Source: an uncultured Thermoproteales archaeon
Lineage (GTDB): Archaea > Thermoproteota > Thermoprotei > Thermofilales > B9-G17
Reading direction: 5' to 3'
DNA length: 53,432 nt
NCBI GenBank assembly: GCA_964550975.1
Contig: CAZKAY010000002.1
Coordinates: forward strand, 2,717-56,148
The position numbers and the translations under genes are program-made. The notes below the pieces were generated by a model that had not been told where the DNA came from, made no database searches, and saw only the letters and a list, made by a program, of their open reading frames with translations. Position 1 is the first letter of the stretch. Each line of letters begins with the position of its first letter. Below are positions 1 to 10,004 of this stretch, piece by piece.

Positions 1-4
1 TAAC

Positions 5-328
5 TTGTCTATAATTTCATGGGAAAATGCTGAGACAAGACATAGGAAAGAAGGATTTATAAAAATATATGTTGATGAGAAAATTGGGGCGAGGAAGCTT
101 AGAATGCATTTATCGGTTTTAGGTCCATATAAAAGGCCTCATAAACCACATAGGCATGAGGGGGAGGAGATTTTCTTTATACTTGAAGGTGAAGGTAAAG
201 TTAAAATTGAAGATGAAGAGTTTAAAGTAGGTCCGATGACAGCTATATTTATACCATCAAATCTTCTGCATGGGATAGAGAATGCTGGAGAAAAAGTATT
301 AAAATATCTAGTTATAGTTGCAAAATAG
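5..328 (+). CDS. Small cupin-domain protein
   Basis: 107-aa ORF with cupin-type motifs (HRHEGEEIFFILEGEG ... IPSNLLHGIEN). The first codon is TTG and the frame is open to the window edge, so the 5' end may be truncated. Confidence 0.7.
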   Translation: MSIISWENAETRHRKEGFIKIYVDEKIGARKLRMHLSVLGPYKRPHKPHRHEGEEIFFILEGEGKVKIEDEEFKVGPMTAIFIPSNLLHGIENAGEKVLKYLVIVAK

Positions 329-329
329 A

Positions 330-1337
330 CTAGATTTTTTTAAGTTCTGGAAGAACGTTTTCAGCAAACTCTTCTATAGGCTTTATCTTATATGCCTCTG
401 GAAAATAGAAGATGAATTCAGTTACACCTATCTCTGAATATCTACGTATCTTTTCAATAATCTCCTCATAGGTTCCAACATACTGCGTTTCCCTTAGAGA
501 CTCGAAACTAGTATTAGATAGCTTAAAGTATTCATTTTTCCTCAACATTTTCTTGATCTCCTCATCGTTTTTACCCATTAATACTATTCCATCGTGTACC
601 TTCACTATTTCATTAAAGTTTCTATTAACTGCATCACAATGTCGTTTAAGAACTTCAAGTTTCTTAGAGTAATGTTCAACATTGCCCCAGACATGATATT
701 TATTTGCATGTTTAGCTACAACTCTAAGCGTCAATTTTTCTCCTGCACCGCCTATCAAAATAGGTGGATGGGGTTTCTGTATTGGTTTGGGATCGTTTAA
801 GGCACTCTCTAGTTTAAAGTATTTTCCATTAAAATTGACTTCATCCTTCGTCCACATCAACTTGATAATCTGCAATGCCTCATCTAATATTCTAATTCTT
901 TTACCGGGTCGTGGAAACGGTATACCGTATCCTTTAAACTCGTTTTCATACCAGCATGCTCCTACGCCAAATTCTATTCTACCATTTGATATGACATCGA
1001 TGTTGGATAAAATTTTTGCCAAAACTGTAGGATAACGATATAATATGCAGGTAACCAGTGTCCCCAGCCTTATCTTCTCGGTTAAAGCTGCTAGGGCCGT
1101 TAACGTTGTCCAAGCCTCAAATACAGATCTTCCCTTAAGCGGCTTGGGAACTGTATGAAAATGATCGAAAATCCATATTGAGTCAAAACCTAATTCCTCT
1201 CCTCTCTGAGCCACCTTGACTATAGTCTTCCACTGGCTTCTTGGATCCATATCTGATGGTAAATCTAGTCTCCATCCCTGAGGCACAAATAAGCCAAACT
1301 TTAATCGACCCATATTATAGTAGATACTATTACTCAT
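330..1337 (-). CDS. Luciferase-like (LLM class) flavin/F420-dependent oxidoreductase
   Basis: LLM-family pattern (FGLFVPQGW..., GFDSIWIFDHF, RIEFGVGACW, KPHPPILIGGAG). The ORF track starts at 1439, but the first 34 codons look non-native. ATG at 1337 (MSNSIYYNMGRLKFG) or 1313 is more likely. Confidence 0.8.
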   Translation of the reverse strand: MSNSIYYNMGRLKFGLFVPQGWRLDLPSDMDPRSQWKTIVKVAQRGEELGFDSIWIFDHFHTVPKPLKGRSVFEAWTTLTALAALTEKIRLGTLVTCILYRYPTVLAKILSNIDVISNGRIEFGVGACWYENEFKGYGIPFPRPGKRIRILDEALQIIKLMWTKDEVNFNGKYFKLESALNDPKPIQKPHPPILIGGAGEKLTLRVVAKHANKYHVWGNVEHYSKKLEVLKRHCDAVNRNFNEIVKVHDGIVLMGKNDEEIKKMLRKNEYFKLSNTSFESLRETQYVGTYEEIIEKIRRYSEIGVTEFIFYFPEAYKIKPIEEFAENVLPELKKI

Positions 1338-1533
1338 AAATAAATATTCTCTTCTAATAAGGAATTCCTTTAGCTGAATTTTGCTATGAAAGTATTCAAC
1401 CATATAACAAAGACTGAAACATATTAGTAGAGTTTTCATTCATTGAATAGTCTCCTTCTAATGGAAACTAAAATGATAGATAATTTGATAAATGTAAGAA
1501 AATATTGTAATTCGTCTTTAAAGAAAATTAATA

Positions 1534-2550
1534 TTATTTAGATGGCTTATATTTATGGCATGCAACTAGATGGCCGCCGCCTATATCTATTAACTTTGGC
1601 CTAACCTTTTTACATATTTCCATTCTCTCAGGACATCTTGGATGGAATTTACATCCAGGCGGTGGATTAATGGGATCGGGCATTGGTCCAGGTAATGGTT
1701 TAAGGTCTTCAAGCGGCCCCACTATAGATGGTATCGACTTCAATAATGCTTTAGTATATGGGTGTTTAGGTTCATAGAATATTGTATATACATCTGCTAC
1801 CTCAACAATATTACCTAGATACATTATAGCTATTCTATCAGCTATCTCTGCTAGAGTTGCAAGATCATGTGTTATAAATAACATTGTTAGACCAGTCTCT
1901 TCATGTATATCTCTGAGAAGCTTTACTATATATTTTTGTGTAAGTACGTCTAGAGCTGATGTAGGCTCATCTAATATTATAAACTCAGGGTTCAATATAA
2001 AGCTTAAAGACATAAGAGTTCTTTGCTTCATTCCTCCGCTCATCTCATGTGGATACATATCTAAAACACGTTTAGCATCTAGATGAACATTTTCCATCAG
2101 TTTTGAAGCAAGTTTAGATATAGTTTTTCTTGAAACCCTACCTTTATGATCCTCAACAGTATCTATAAAATGATCTCTCACCTTTATAACTGGATTGAAA
2201 GAGTTCTGAGCACCCTGAAATACTATAGAAATTTTACTCCATCTAAATTTTCTAAGCTTGCTTTTAGACAACTTTAATACATCTATACTTTCTCCATTAC
2301 TGTTAAACAATATTTCTCCGCTCTTGATATATCCATTTGGATCAACTATATTTAAAATAGAATGTGCTAAAACAGATTTACCGCATCCGCTTTCTCCAGC
2401 TAGACCTAAAACCTCACCCTTGTATATATCTAAATATACATTATCTACAGCCCTAAGAATTCCACGCTCCACTCTAAACTCTACGGTTAAACCTCTAATA
2501 CTCAATATTACATCCTTTTTCTTAACACTATCTGTTGACATTATATCCAC
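1534..2550 (-). CDS. Opp/Dpp-type ABC transporter ATP-binding protein (OppD-like)
   Basis: Walker A GESGCGKS, signature MSGGMKQR, Walker B ILDEPTSALD, and a C-terminal oligopeptide-type extension with PPPGCKFHPRCP. Confidence 0.9.
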   Translation of the reverse strand: MDIMSTDSVKKKDVILSIRGLTVEFRVERGILRAVDNVYLDIYKGEVLGLAGESGCGKSVLAHSILNIVDPNGYIKSGEILFNSNGESIDVLKLSKSKLRKFRWSKISIVFQGAQNSFNPVIKVRDHFIDTVEDHKGRVSRKTISKLASKLMENVHLDAKRVLDMYPHEMSGGMKQRTLMSLSFILNPEFIILDEPTSALDVLTQKYIVKLLRDIHEETGLTMLFITHDLATLAEIADRIAIMYLGNIVEVADVYTIFYEPKHPYTKALLKSIPSIVGPLEDLKPLPGPMPDPINPPPGCKFHPRCPERMEICKKVRPKLIDIGGGHLVACHKYKPSK

Positions 2551-2603
2551 CTACAGTATTTAATAACTTTAAATATAAAAATAAAATTTTGCATTAATAT
2601 CAC

Positions 2604-3608
2604 CTATAATAGATGGCATGCCACTAATCTACCTTTCACCTCTCTAAGCTCTGGAACCTTTTCCTCACATATCTTCTCCGCATATGGACACCTTGTATGG
2701 AACTTGCATCCTGGAGGCGGATTAACTAGACTGGGTATCTCTAGACTTTTAAGTTTAGGTAAACCTCTGCTTCTAGCAATTTTTGGGTCAGGTATGGGAA
2801 CAGACATTAATAAGACTTTAGTATATGGGTGTAGTGGATTCTGTATAATTTCCTCGGTCTTTCCGATTTCAACAATATTTCCCAGATACATTATAGCTAT
2901 TCTCTGATCTCTTGCAAAATATCTGGCAATCGCTAAGTCATGGGTAATAAATAGATATGCAGTCTTAATCTTTTTCTTAAGATTTAAAAGTAGATCTAGA
3001 ATCTCTATTCTTAAAGATGCATCTAACATTGATACAGCCTCATCAGCCACTATAAATTTAGGTTTAACACTTATAGCTCTCGCAATAGCTATTCTCTGAA
3101 GCTGTCCTCCACTAAGTCTACAAGAATATCTTTTGAAAAAGTCTTCTGGAGGAACTAGGCCAACCATTGTTAAAAGTTCGGCAGCCATTTTTCTAGCCTC
3201 CTTTCTATTTTTAGCAATCTTATAATGGAGTAGAGGAGGTGTTAGGGCTGAGAGAACATTTCTCATAGGATTAATTGTAGTATATGGATCCTGCGGTATT
3301 AACTGAGCATTTCTCCTATACTCTTTAAATTCCTCTCCTTTCAACGACCATATATCCTTATAGCCGTTATTGAGGTAATATAATATACGTCCACTATCCT
3401 GTCTCAGTAATGCGAGCATTAGTTTTCCTAAAGTACTTTTTCCACATCCGGACTCACCAACCAAGGCTAGAATTTCATTTTCACCAATCTCTATACTTAC
3501 ATTTTCTACAGCCTTTATATGCTTCTTAGCGCCAAACATACTTCCAACTTCAAAAATCTTAGATATATTTTCAGTTTTTAATAAAGGATTTGGCATATAT
3601 CTCACCAT
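2604..3608 (-). CDS. Opp/Dpp-type ABC transporter ATP-binding protein (OppF-like)
   Basis: Walker A GESGCGKST, signature LSGGQLQR, Walker B IVADEAVSMLD, C-terminal PPPGCKFHTRCP. The start ATG overlaps the upstream permease stop (ATGGTGA). Confidence 0.9.
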   Translation of the reverse strand: MVRYMPNPLLKTENISKIFEVGSMFGAKKHIKAVENVSIEIGENEILALVGESGCGKSTLGKLMLALLRQDSGRILYYLNNGYKDIWSLKGEEFKEYRRNAQLIPQDPYTTINPMRNVLSALTPPLLHYKIAKNRKEARKMAAELLTMVGLVPPEDFFKRYSCRLSGGQLQRIAIARAISVKPKFIVADEAVSMLDASLRIEILDLLLNLKKKIKTAYLFITHDLAIARYFARDQRIAIMYLGNIVEIGKTEEIIQNPLHPYTKVLLMSVPIPDPKIARSRGLPKLKSLEIPSLVNPPPGCKFHTRCPYAEKICEEKVPELREVKGRLVACHLL

Positions 3609-4507
3609 TCCCTTAATCTTGGATTAAATATCTTATCTATACCGTTGCTTAGAAAGACTAGGCTTACCTGCAATATAATTATGACAAATGAAGGCGCAAT
3701 TATGTACCAGCATCCGGCTCCGGTTATTGTACCTACATAAGCTTGAGCCATATGTATCATTGCGCCCCAGTTGCCAGGAGTATATGGTATGAGGCCTAAA
3801 GCCATAAGTCCGGTATAGCTATAAACTGCGCTTACAGAACTTAACATAAAGTTTATAGCTATATATGGCATAGCGTTAGGCAGTATTTCTTTAAAAATTA
3901 TATGAAACTTGCTTAAACCTAGACATTTATCTACCTCTATAAATGGTTCCTGCTTTATTGACAATACTTGAGATCTTATAGATCTGGCTAGACCTGCCCA
4001 AGATGTTATACTTAATAGGAATGCTATCATTAGAATGTTTACTGTAATGCCTGATTGAAGTAGCCATGTAGCTATTATCATCAGCAATGGGAATCCGGGT
4101 ATCGTTAAAAATATGTCGATGAGAGTTGTCACTATTATATCTACCTTACCACCTATATATCCGGCGATTAAACCTATTATTGTTCCCAAACCAATTGTTA
4201 CAAATCCTGCTAGAAATGCGGCTATCAATATGTCTCGTCCACCATTAACAATTTGTGCAAAAATATCTCTTCCAGCAAAATCTGTACCCAACGGATGTTT
4301 CCAAGAGGGCGGTTGATATCTCTCCTCCATATTAGGCTCTAAGCTTAATGGTACAAATATTGGACCAATTATAGACATCAGTATATATATAATTAATACT
4401 ATGAGTCCAAACAGCGCTCTCTTATCCTTAGATAATATTTTTAGAGGGATATAGATATAGTCATATAAGATTCTCTTAAAAATTCTCATTATTTTATTTT
4501 CATTCAT
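3602..4507 (-). CDS. Opp/Dpp-type ABC transporter permease (OppC/DppC-like)
   Basis: N-terminal PPSWKHPLGTDFAGRDIFAQ motif typical of OppC/DppC, plus a multi-TM BPD-transporter core. The start was moved to ATG 4507 (MNENKIMRIF), which overlaps the upstream stop as ATGAATGA and follows GAGGTGG. Confidence 0.85.
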   Translation of the reverse strand: MNENKIMRIFKRILYDYIYIPLKILSKDKRALFGLIVLIIYILMSIIGPIFVPLSLEPNMEERYQPPSWKHPLGTDFAGRDIFAQIVNGGRDILIAAFLAGFVTIGLGTIIGLIAGYIGGKVDIIVTTLIDIFLTIPGFPLLMIIATWLLQSGITVNILMIAFLLSITSWAGLARSIRSQVLSIKQEPFIEVDKCLGLSKFHIIFKEILPNAMPYIAINFMLSSVSAVYSYTGLMALGLIPYTPGNWGAMIHMAQAYVGTITGAGCWYIIAPSFVIIILQVSLVFLSNGIDKIFNPRLREW

Positions 4508-5498
4508 ACATACCACCTCTCCTAATCCTTGGATCCAGCAATCCATATAATAGGTCTGCTATAAAGTTTGAGATAACAACGGCAGAGGTTATTAATAGAA
4601 AACCTCCTTGAATTAATGGATAATCTCTCCATGAAAGAGCTAAACCTATGATTTGGCCTATACCATTATATGCAAAATATGTCTCTATAAATACAGAGCC
4701 TCCAAACATATATCCTAAATGTATAGCGAAGCTTGTAAACAGTGGTAGAAGAGCGTTTCTACCGACATAGGTTCTAGAAATACGGCTTGACTTTAGTCCT
4801 CTAGCTTCAGCTGCAACTACATAGTCTTCTCCCAAAACTCTTATAGCGCTACCCCTCATGGCTAGAGCCCATCCACCAAAACTTGTGAGAACATATGCCA
4901 TCATTGGAAGGAATGAATGGTAGAGTACGCTTGAAATAAATTCGATTGTAAATCCAGGTTTAATCGATATATCGTAGCTACTTCTAGCTGGAAATATTGG
5001 ATAATATATTGCAAAAAAATATAATAATAGTAATCCTAGAATAAAGTTTGGTGTAGCTCTGGATATAGATGTTATAACTGATGCTGCATTATCGAATACT
5101 CCTCCCCTTCTGTATGCCATTAAGATACCTATACCTATACCGATAATGAATGAGATAGTTAAGGATATTGAGAGTAAAAAGACTGTCCATGGAAGGCCGT
5201 AAAGAAGAGATTTAAGTACTGGTTGATGTGAAATATAGCTTTCACCCCAACTTCCATGCAATAGGGTAATCATATACTTTATATATTGTAACCATAATGG
5301 GTCTTTTAATTCTACACCATATAATCCATACACCATTTCCCTAGCCTCAAACTCAGACATACCATAGGTGGTCATGTAATAGTATACCATCATCTCTACA
5401 AAGTCTCCCGGCATAAATCTTATTAGGAAGAATGTAATTGTTATCACAACATATATTGTCAGTAACGCCATTAAAAGTCTTTTCACAATCCACCTCAT
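4500..5498 (-). CDS. Opp/Dpp-type ABC transporter permease (OppB/DppB-like)
   Basis: OppB-like N-terminus (IVKRLLMALLTIYVVITITFFLIRFMPGD) and C-terminus (NFIADLLYGLLDPRIR). ATG at 5498 is preferred over the TTG at 5510. Confidence 0.85.
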   Translation of the reverse strand: MRWIVKRLLMALLTIYVVITITFFLIRFMPGDFVEMMVYYYMTTYGMSEFEAREMVYGLYGVELKDPLWLQYIKYMITLLHGSWGESYISHQPVLKSLLYGLPWTVFLLSISLTISFIIGIGIGILMAYRRGGVFDNAASVITSISRATPNFILGLLLLYFFAIYYPIFPARSSYDISIKPGFTIEFISSVLYHSFLPMMAYVLTSFGGWALAMRGSAIRVLGEDYVVAAEARGLKSSRISRTYVGRNALLPLFTSFAIHLGYMFGGSVFIETYFAYNGIGQIIGLALSWRDYPLIQGGFLLITSAVVISNFIADLLYGLLDPRIRRGGMYE

Positions 5499-5631
5499 AT
5501 AAACCACCAAATCTTTATTAATATATATTAGCTAGTTAATATAAATTTTTTTCAGCAAGATTAAAGATAATTTCAACCATAGAAGGGATAATAAAAATGA
5601 AAAGAGAAAAGAAAAATTAAAATAAATTAAT

Positions 5632-7707
5632 TTATTCTTCCTTCTTTTTCGTCTTTAGAAGTACTGCTACAAGTGCTATTGCAAGTATTATTATTACTAC
5701 TCCTTCGATCGCTGCAATAGTTGTTAGACTTCCTACTTGTCCACTTAAAGCTGCAACCTTATCTGATAGAGATGCAACATCGGATTTAAGTGTAGCTACA
5801 TCGGATGACAATGTGGTAACAGCTTTATAAGTTGCGTTAATGGTCTCAGCCAATCCGCTTGGTATCGTTGGCGTTGGTGGTGGTGTCGGAGCCTTTGGTC
5901 TCCATAATCCTGAGCATAGTAGGAAGCCATATACAAAGCTGGGATTATTGCCCATCTCAATTTGTATTGGTTTATACCACATGAATACTTCCCATGAAAC
6001 TGTGCAGTCGATGTGGTCGATACAAACAGTATTAGCCCACTTCTTCTCATGCATTTGTAGTGCTGGTAGATAATGGTTAGTTATATAAGCTAAAGCTTTA
6101 ACCAATTCTTTATCATTAGGATTCTCCGCAAGTTTTGATGTTAGTTCTGAAGCATTCACAGTTCCATGATATTTAGATACTTCCTCAGGTACCTCTACGA
6201 TTGGGTCGAAGCCAAATCCCTTAATACCATAGTTGAGATAATAGCTATTATAGGTATCAAATGGATGGTAGAGTCCATAGCCCCAGAATTCTATTGCTAG
6301 ATCGAAGTCTCCTCTCTCTCTTACCGTATCACCCCACATACCCCAGTCAAGCTCTCTAACTTTTGCATCTATTCCAAATCTTCTTAACTGTGCAGCTACG
6401 TTCTCTGCTCCAGGAACCCATCCAGTCCATCCAGCCGGAACAGTTACAGTAATACTGAATTTATTGCCATCAGGTGTATACCACCATCCATTCTTCTTGG
6501 TATATCCAGCCTCCTGAAGTAGCTTTGCAGCTTTATCCGGATTATACTCATATTTATCAATATATTTCTCTAGCCACTTCTTATCCAACCAGTTATATAC
6601 ATCGGATGGTGAAATGCATACAGGCCATTCGGCCTTCACTACACTATCTGGACCCCATTCAACAGCCACTTTACAATATTCATCTAAGTCAATTGCATAT
6701 GCTATTGCCTGTCTAACCTTTAATGGGAATTTCTTACAGTTAAATGCTATAGCATGTCCGTGTAGCCACGGTCCTGTTGGAACCCAGTATCCTGGCTTTT
6801 TCTTAACCGTCTCATAACATGTTTCAGATATCCCTGTCCATGTAAAGTCGAACTTTCCTGCCATTATTAATGGCCAGCTTGCTGGATCGCTTATCCTTCT
6901 ATGCCAGATAATTTTGTCAAATAATTTGTATCCTGGAACTCCGCCTCCAAACTCGAAGGTGCCTTTTGCTGTTTCTAATTTCCATACTACCTTGAGATCT
7001 TTAACCCAGTAATTCGGTCTCAACTTATATACCCATTCTGTAGCCGACTCACTTTCATATTCATAGGGCCCTGTACCTATATATTTGTCGGGTTTATAGT
7101 TTTCCAGCTTCTTCTTTAAATCATCTATATCTACACCTTCCAACGGTATTTTGCCTGGTATTTTAAGTCCAGGCGCAAATTGTCCATACTGAGAATATGA
7201 AACTATTGAACGAGAAAAGAACCACCTCTTCCAAGCTAGTGGTGGAGGCTTTATGATATACATAATTACAGTATATTTATCTGGAGCCTCCATATGGTCT
7301 ATATATTTTGGTATAGGCCACCATCCTCTTAGCCAACCCTGACACCAGAATGTAGTTAATACATCTAGGGCTGTGAATTCTTTTCCATCACTCCATTTTA
7401 CACCTTTGCGGAGATGGATTGTTACCTTCAAGAATTTATCAGTCTCCTCTGTACTAAAATCTGTAGCCAGCCATGGATAGAATTTGCGTTCACCCCTACT
7501 CTCATAGAATAATCGTTCAAAAATCATATAGCTTGGTTTACCTCTATAAAATACGTTCCACCCTCTTAACGGTGGAGGTGGTTCACAGGGTTGTAGAACA
7601 TGTAGAACAGTTTCAGTCTCCTGGGGGGCAGCTATGAGAGGGGTTGTGAATAACATTGAAGTAACTAGTAAAGCAGTAATTAAAAGAATAAATTTATTTT
7701 TCCCCAT
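5632..7707 (-). CDS. Family-5 (Opp/Dpp-type) ABC substrate-binding protein, C-terminally membrane anchored
   Basis: N-terminal signal/TM segment and an SBP_bac_5-like core (GVKWSDGKEFTALDV, GTGPYEY, VRQAIAYAID). This is followed by a Pro/Thr linker, four heptads and a C-terminal TM helix with KTKKKEE. A GGGG SD-like element lies upstream of the ATG. Confidence 0.85.
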   Translation of the reverse strand: MGKNKFILLITALLVTSMLFTTPLIAAPQETETVLHVLQPCEPPPPLRGWNVFYRGKPSYMIFERLFYESRGERKFYPWLATDFSTEETDKFLKVTIHLRKGVKWSDGKEFTALDVLTTFWCQGWLRGWWPIPKYIDHMEAPDKYTVIMYIIKPPPLAWKRWFFSRSIVSYSQYGQFAPGLKIPGKIPLEGVDIDDLKKKLENYKPDKYIGTGPYEYESESATEWVYKLRPNYWVKDLKVVWKLETAKGTFEFGGGVPGYKLFDKIIWHRRISDPASWPLIMAGKFDFTWTGISETCYETVKKKPGYWVPTGPWLHGHAIAFNCKKFPLKVRQAIAYAIDLDEYCKVAVEWGPDSVVKAEWPVCISPSDVYNWLDKKWLEKYIDKYEYNPDKAAKLLQEAGYTKKNGWWYTPDGNKFSITVTVPAGWTGWVPGAENVAAQLRRFGIDAKVRELDWGMWGDTVRERGDFDLAIEFWGYGLYHPFDTYNSYYLNYGIKGFGFDPIVEVPEEVSKYHGTVNASELTSKLAENPNDKELVKALAYITNHYLPALQMHEKKWANTVCIDHIDCTVSWEVFMWYKPIQIEMGNNPSFVYGFLLCSGLWRPKAPTPPPTPTIPSGLAETINATYKAVTTLSSDVATLKSDVASLSDKVAALSGQVGSLTTIAAIEGVVIIILAIALVAVLLKTKKKEE

Positions 7708-7818
7708 TAATAGTCCCCTAATATATATAAGTAATTCTTCGAATATTTAAATTTTTGCCTTAGATTTTATATATTTATGGATTGGAATTAAATTTTATCT
7801 GGGTAATAATTTTAAAGA

Positions 7819-9927
7819 TTAGCTATTTTTAAACTCTATTCTCCATTTAATTTTTCCTGTTTTATTTGATTTTAATAGTATTGTAAGTAGGTTTTTATCT
7901 ATTATTTGATATTTTACATTAGTTTTTTCCGCTATAATTTTATTGATAGAATATTTTTCTCCATCCCAGTTTATAAGGAAATTTATTTGATAGGGTTCGT
8001 TTTCAATAGATAGACTTTCACCCTCAATTATATTTTTATCTATATAGTTGAGCTTCAGTATATCGGGATATCCTTGAGTTATATGGCGATCTGTACCTAG
8101 GAATAAAGGTATATTTTCTAGTGGTCTTATACATAAAACTTTGCAGGATTCTGGTTGAAGCTCTATATATAAGGGTTTATCCAATTCTCCTAAGACCTTT
8201 TTCTCCCATATTTCATAGACTATGTATCGACGTTTAGGTAGGCCTAGTTTTTCACATGATATCTCAATTTTAGCTGGATCTTCTTTAAACCATCTAAATA
8301 CTCCTACGATATCCCATTTACCCCATTTTGTAGCTATTTTTAGATCCCATATCTGAGGATATGGTGGTTCGGGTTTACGGGGAAATAGATCCATAGGTCT
8401 TATTGGAAGTGGAGGAATTATCTTTTTAAGTAATTCTATTCTCTCATTTGACAGCTCCAGCATGTTATCAGATATCATAAGGACCTGCCCACTTAATCCT
8501 AGGAGACTCACCCACATTTTGGCTGCTTCAAATGGTAGTTCGCTTCTAACCATGATTACATCTGGATCACAGTACCAGAGAATTGTATGCATCCAATAGT
8601 TGGAGAAGGTTGCTCTCAACGCGTTTAGAAAACTTATTGTACCTTCCCTGAGCTTAGAGCTTGAAACATCTGTCCCGGTTCTACATGTATCTCCATAACC
8701 TATAGCTCTCCATTGTGTGGCACAAATTAAAATTATCTTTTCATCTCCTATAATTTTTCTTATAATCTCTAGTAAACCTCTATATACTTTGTCTGGATTT
8801 ATAGATTTATTGTAAAGGCTATCTCTACATAGAGCATACCATTGATGCATTTCTCCTTGACCATCGAGTTTAAAATATTCGTATCCCCATTTATTTGCAA
8901 GTGTATCCATCGTTTTTTCAATCCACTCTTTAACAACCTCTGGATTCGTTGGATCTATATATGGATAATTTGCAAAACCTCTAAATACTCTACCATCAGG
9001 TTTTCTGATAAACCAATGAGGTTTTAAGGTTAAAAGTTTGGTATCCCTTTTTCCAACCGCTTGGGGTAAAAGCCATAATCCTGGTTTTAAACCTCTACTT
9101 TTTATATATTGGGCTAACCATTTACCACCTCTTGGAAAATTTTTATTCCATTTAAGCCATGTTTCATCCTGATATCCATCATCTAGCTGAATGTATTCTA
9201 ATCCAAATTTTTTAAGGTTTTGTGAAATCCAGTCTGTATTGGCTATTACATCTTTTTCTGTTATATTTTTACCATAGTAATACCATGAACACCATCCAGC
9301 TGGAGGATATGGATGCTTTTTTAAGTCATATGGTTTATAGTATGGCATACCTAGGTGGCTTGAAACATAGTTTTCTATAACCTCTCCTACCAATATTTCT
9401 GGAATTACTCCAAACTGGGTTAAAACTTGAGCATTAATTTCAAATTCTTTATTCAATGAATGAATAGTTAAGTCTCCCCATGAAGTTAGTCTAATAACCC
9501 TATCATTCAGCTTATCAAATATTGAGTTACATAAAAGACTATCCACTGGTCCCAGTGCTGCCTGGACAACATCGCTATGAAATCCTGGTTCAATTCGACA
9601 TAGATATGGCTCTATACCCCAATTAAGTAGTCCCCTAAGTTTAAAGAGCATGCGCTTTTTGGGATAGAGTCGAAGCATGATTTTATTGACTCCACAAAAT
9701 GCTTCCATAAGAATATCTGTAGGACCATTTTCCTCAGAAACTAGTCTAAATATGCTTATATACCATCCTCCACGTATCCTATATGGTTTACCATAATATT
9801 CTAGGAAAAATCTCGTATTTGATTTAGATTTTACCCCCATTAATCTAAGTCTCTTAAACACAATTTCTCCATTATATAGACAATTTATTTCACCGTTTTC
9901 CAGATATATATTCCAACCATTCTTCAT
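7819..9927 (-). CDS. Alpha-galactosidase-like glycoside hydrolase (clan GH-D, GH36/GH27-like)
   Basis: 702-aa ORF with GWCSWYYYG, YIQLDDGYQ, YFKLDGQG (candidate nucleophile Asp) and WYCDPDVIMV (candidate acid/base region). These are arranged as in melibiase-type enzymes. Confidence 0.7.
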   Translation of the reverse strand: MKNGWNIYLENGEINCLYNGEIVFKRLRLMGVKSKSNTRFFLEYYGKPYRIRGGWYISIFRLVSEENGPTDILMEAFCGVNKIMLRLYPKKRMLFKLRGLLNWGIEPYLCRIEPGFHSDVVQAALGPVDSLLCNSIFDKLNDRVIRLTSWGDLTIHSLNKEFEINAQVLTQFGVIPEILVGEVIENYVSSHLGMPYYKPYDLKKHPYPPAGWCSWYYYGKNITEKDVIANTDWISQNLKKFGLEYIQLDDGYQDETWLKWNKNFPRGGKWLAQYIKSRGLKPGLWLLPQAVGKRDTKLLTLKPHWFIRKPDGRVFRGFANYPYIDPTNPEVVKEWIEKTMDTLANKWGYEYFKLDGQGEMHQWYALCRDSLYNKSINPDKVYRGLLEIIRKIIGDEKIILICATQWRAIGYGDTCRTGTDVSSSKLREGTISFLNALRATFSNYWMHTILWYCDPDVIMVRSELPFEAAKMWVSLLGLSGQVLMISDNMLELSNERIELLKKIIPPLPIRPMDLFPRKPEPPYPQIWDLKIATKWGKWDIVGVFRWFKEDPAKIEISCEKLGLPKRRYIVYEIWEKKVLGELDKPLYIELQPESCKVLCIRPLENIPLFLGTDRHITQGYPDILKLNYIDKNIIEGESLSIENEPYQINFLINWDGEKYSINKIIAEKTNVKYQIIDKNLLTILLKSNKTGKIKWRIEFKNS

Positions 9928-10004
9928 TAAATCCCCATAAAAATTATAGAATTAAATAGAAAATAGAACATTATTAGTGATGTTAGATCGAGTTAAGCCA
10001 AGGT

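Noticed and set aside
594-1035. Plus-strand ORFs 594-800 and 787-1035 inside the LLM oxidoreductase gene. The same applies to similar antisense ORFs at 2258-2563, 2704-2907, 4113-4316, 5796-6073, 6474-6817, 8842-9027, 10009-10553, 12631-12858, 13300-13569, 19849-20037, 21328-21766, 27540-27803, 28194-28460, 30501-30984, 31298-33367, 37297-37548, 39867-40076, 40814-41146, 43212-43611, 44304-44849 and 45259-45531.
   Set aside because: All lie antisense to, or out of frame within, ORFs that carry strong family motifs. Their translations are low-complexity (Ile/Ser/Phe/Leu-rich), as expected from the reverse complement of AT-rich coding DNA.
2604-2710. Near-identical C-terminal peptide (GCKFHTRCPYAEKICEEKVPELREVK.RLVACH) in the two OppF-like ATPases (also at about 22660-22760), considered as a second gene-conversion tract
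   Set aside because: At nucleotide level the two copies differ at many synonymous positions. This is protein-level conservation of the Fe-S/C-terminal Opp domain, not a DNA repeat.
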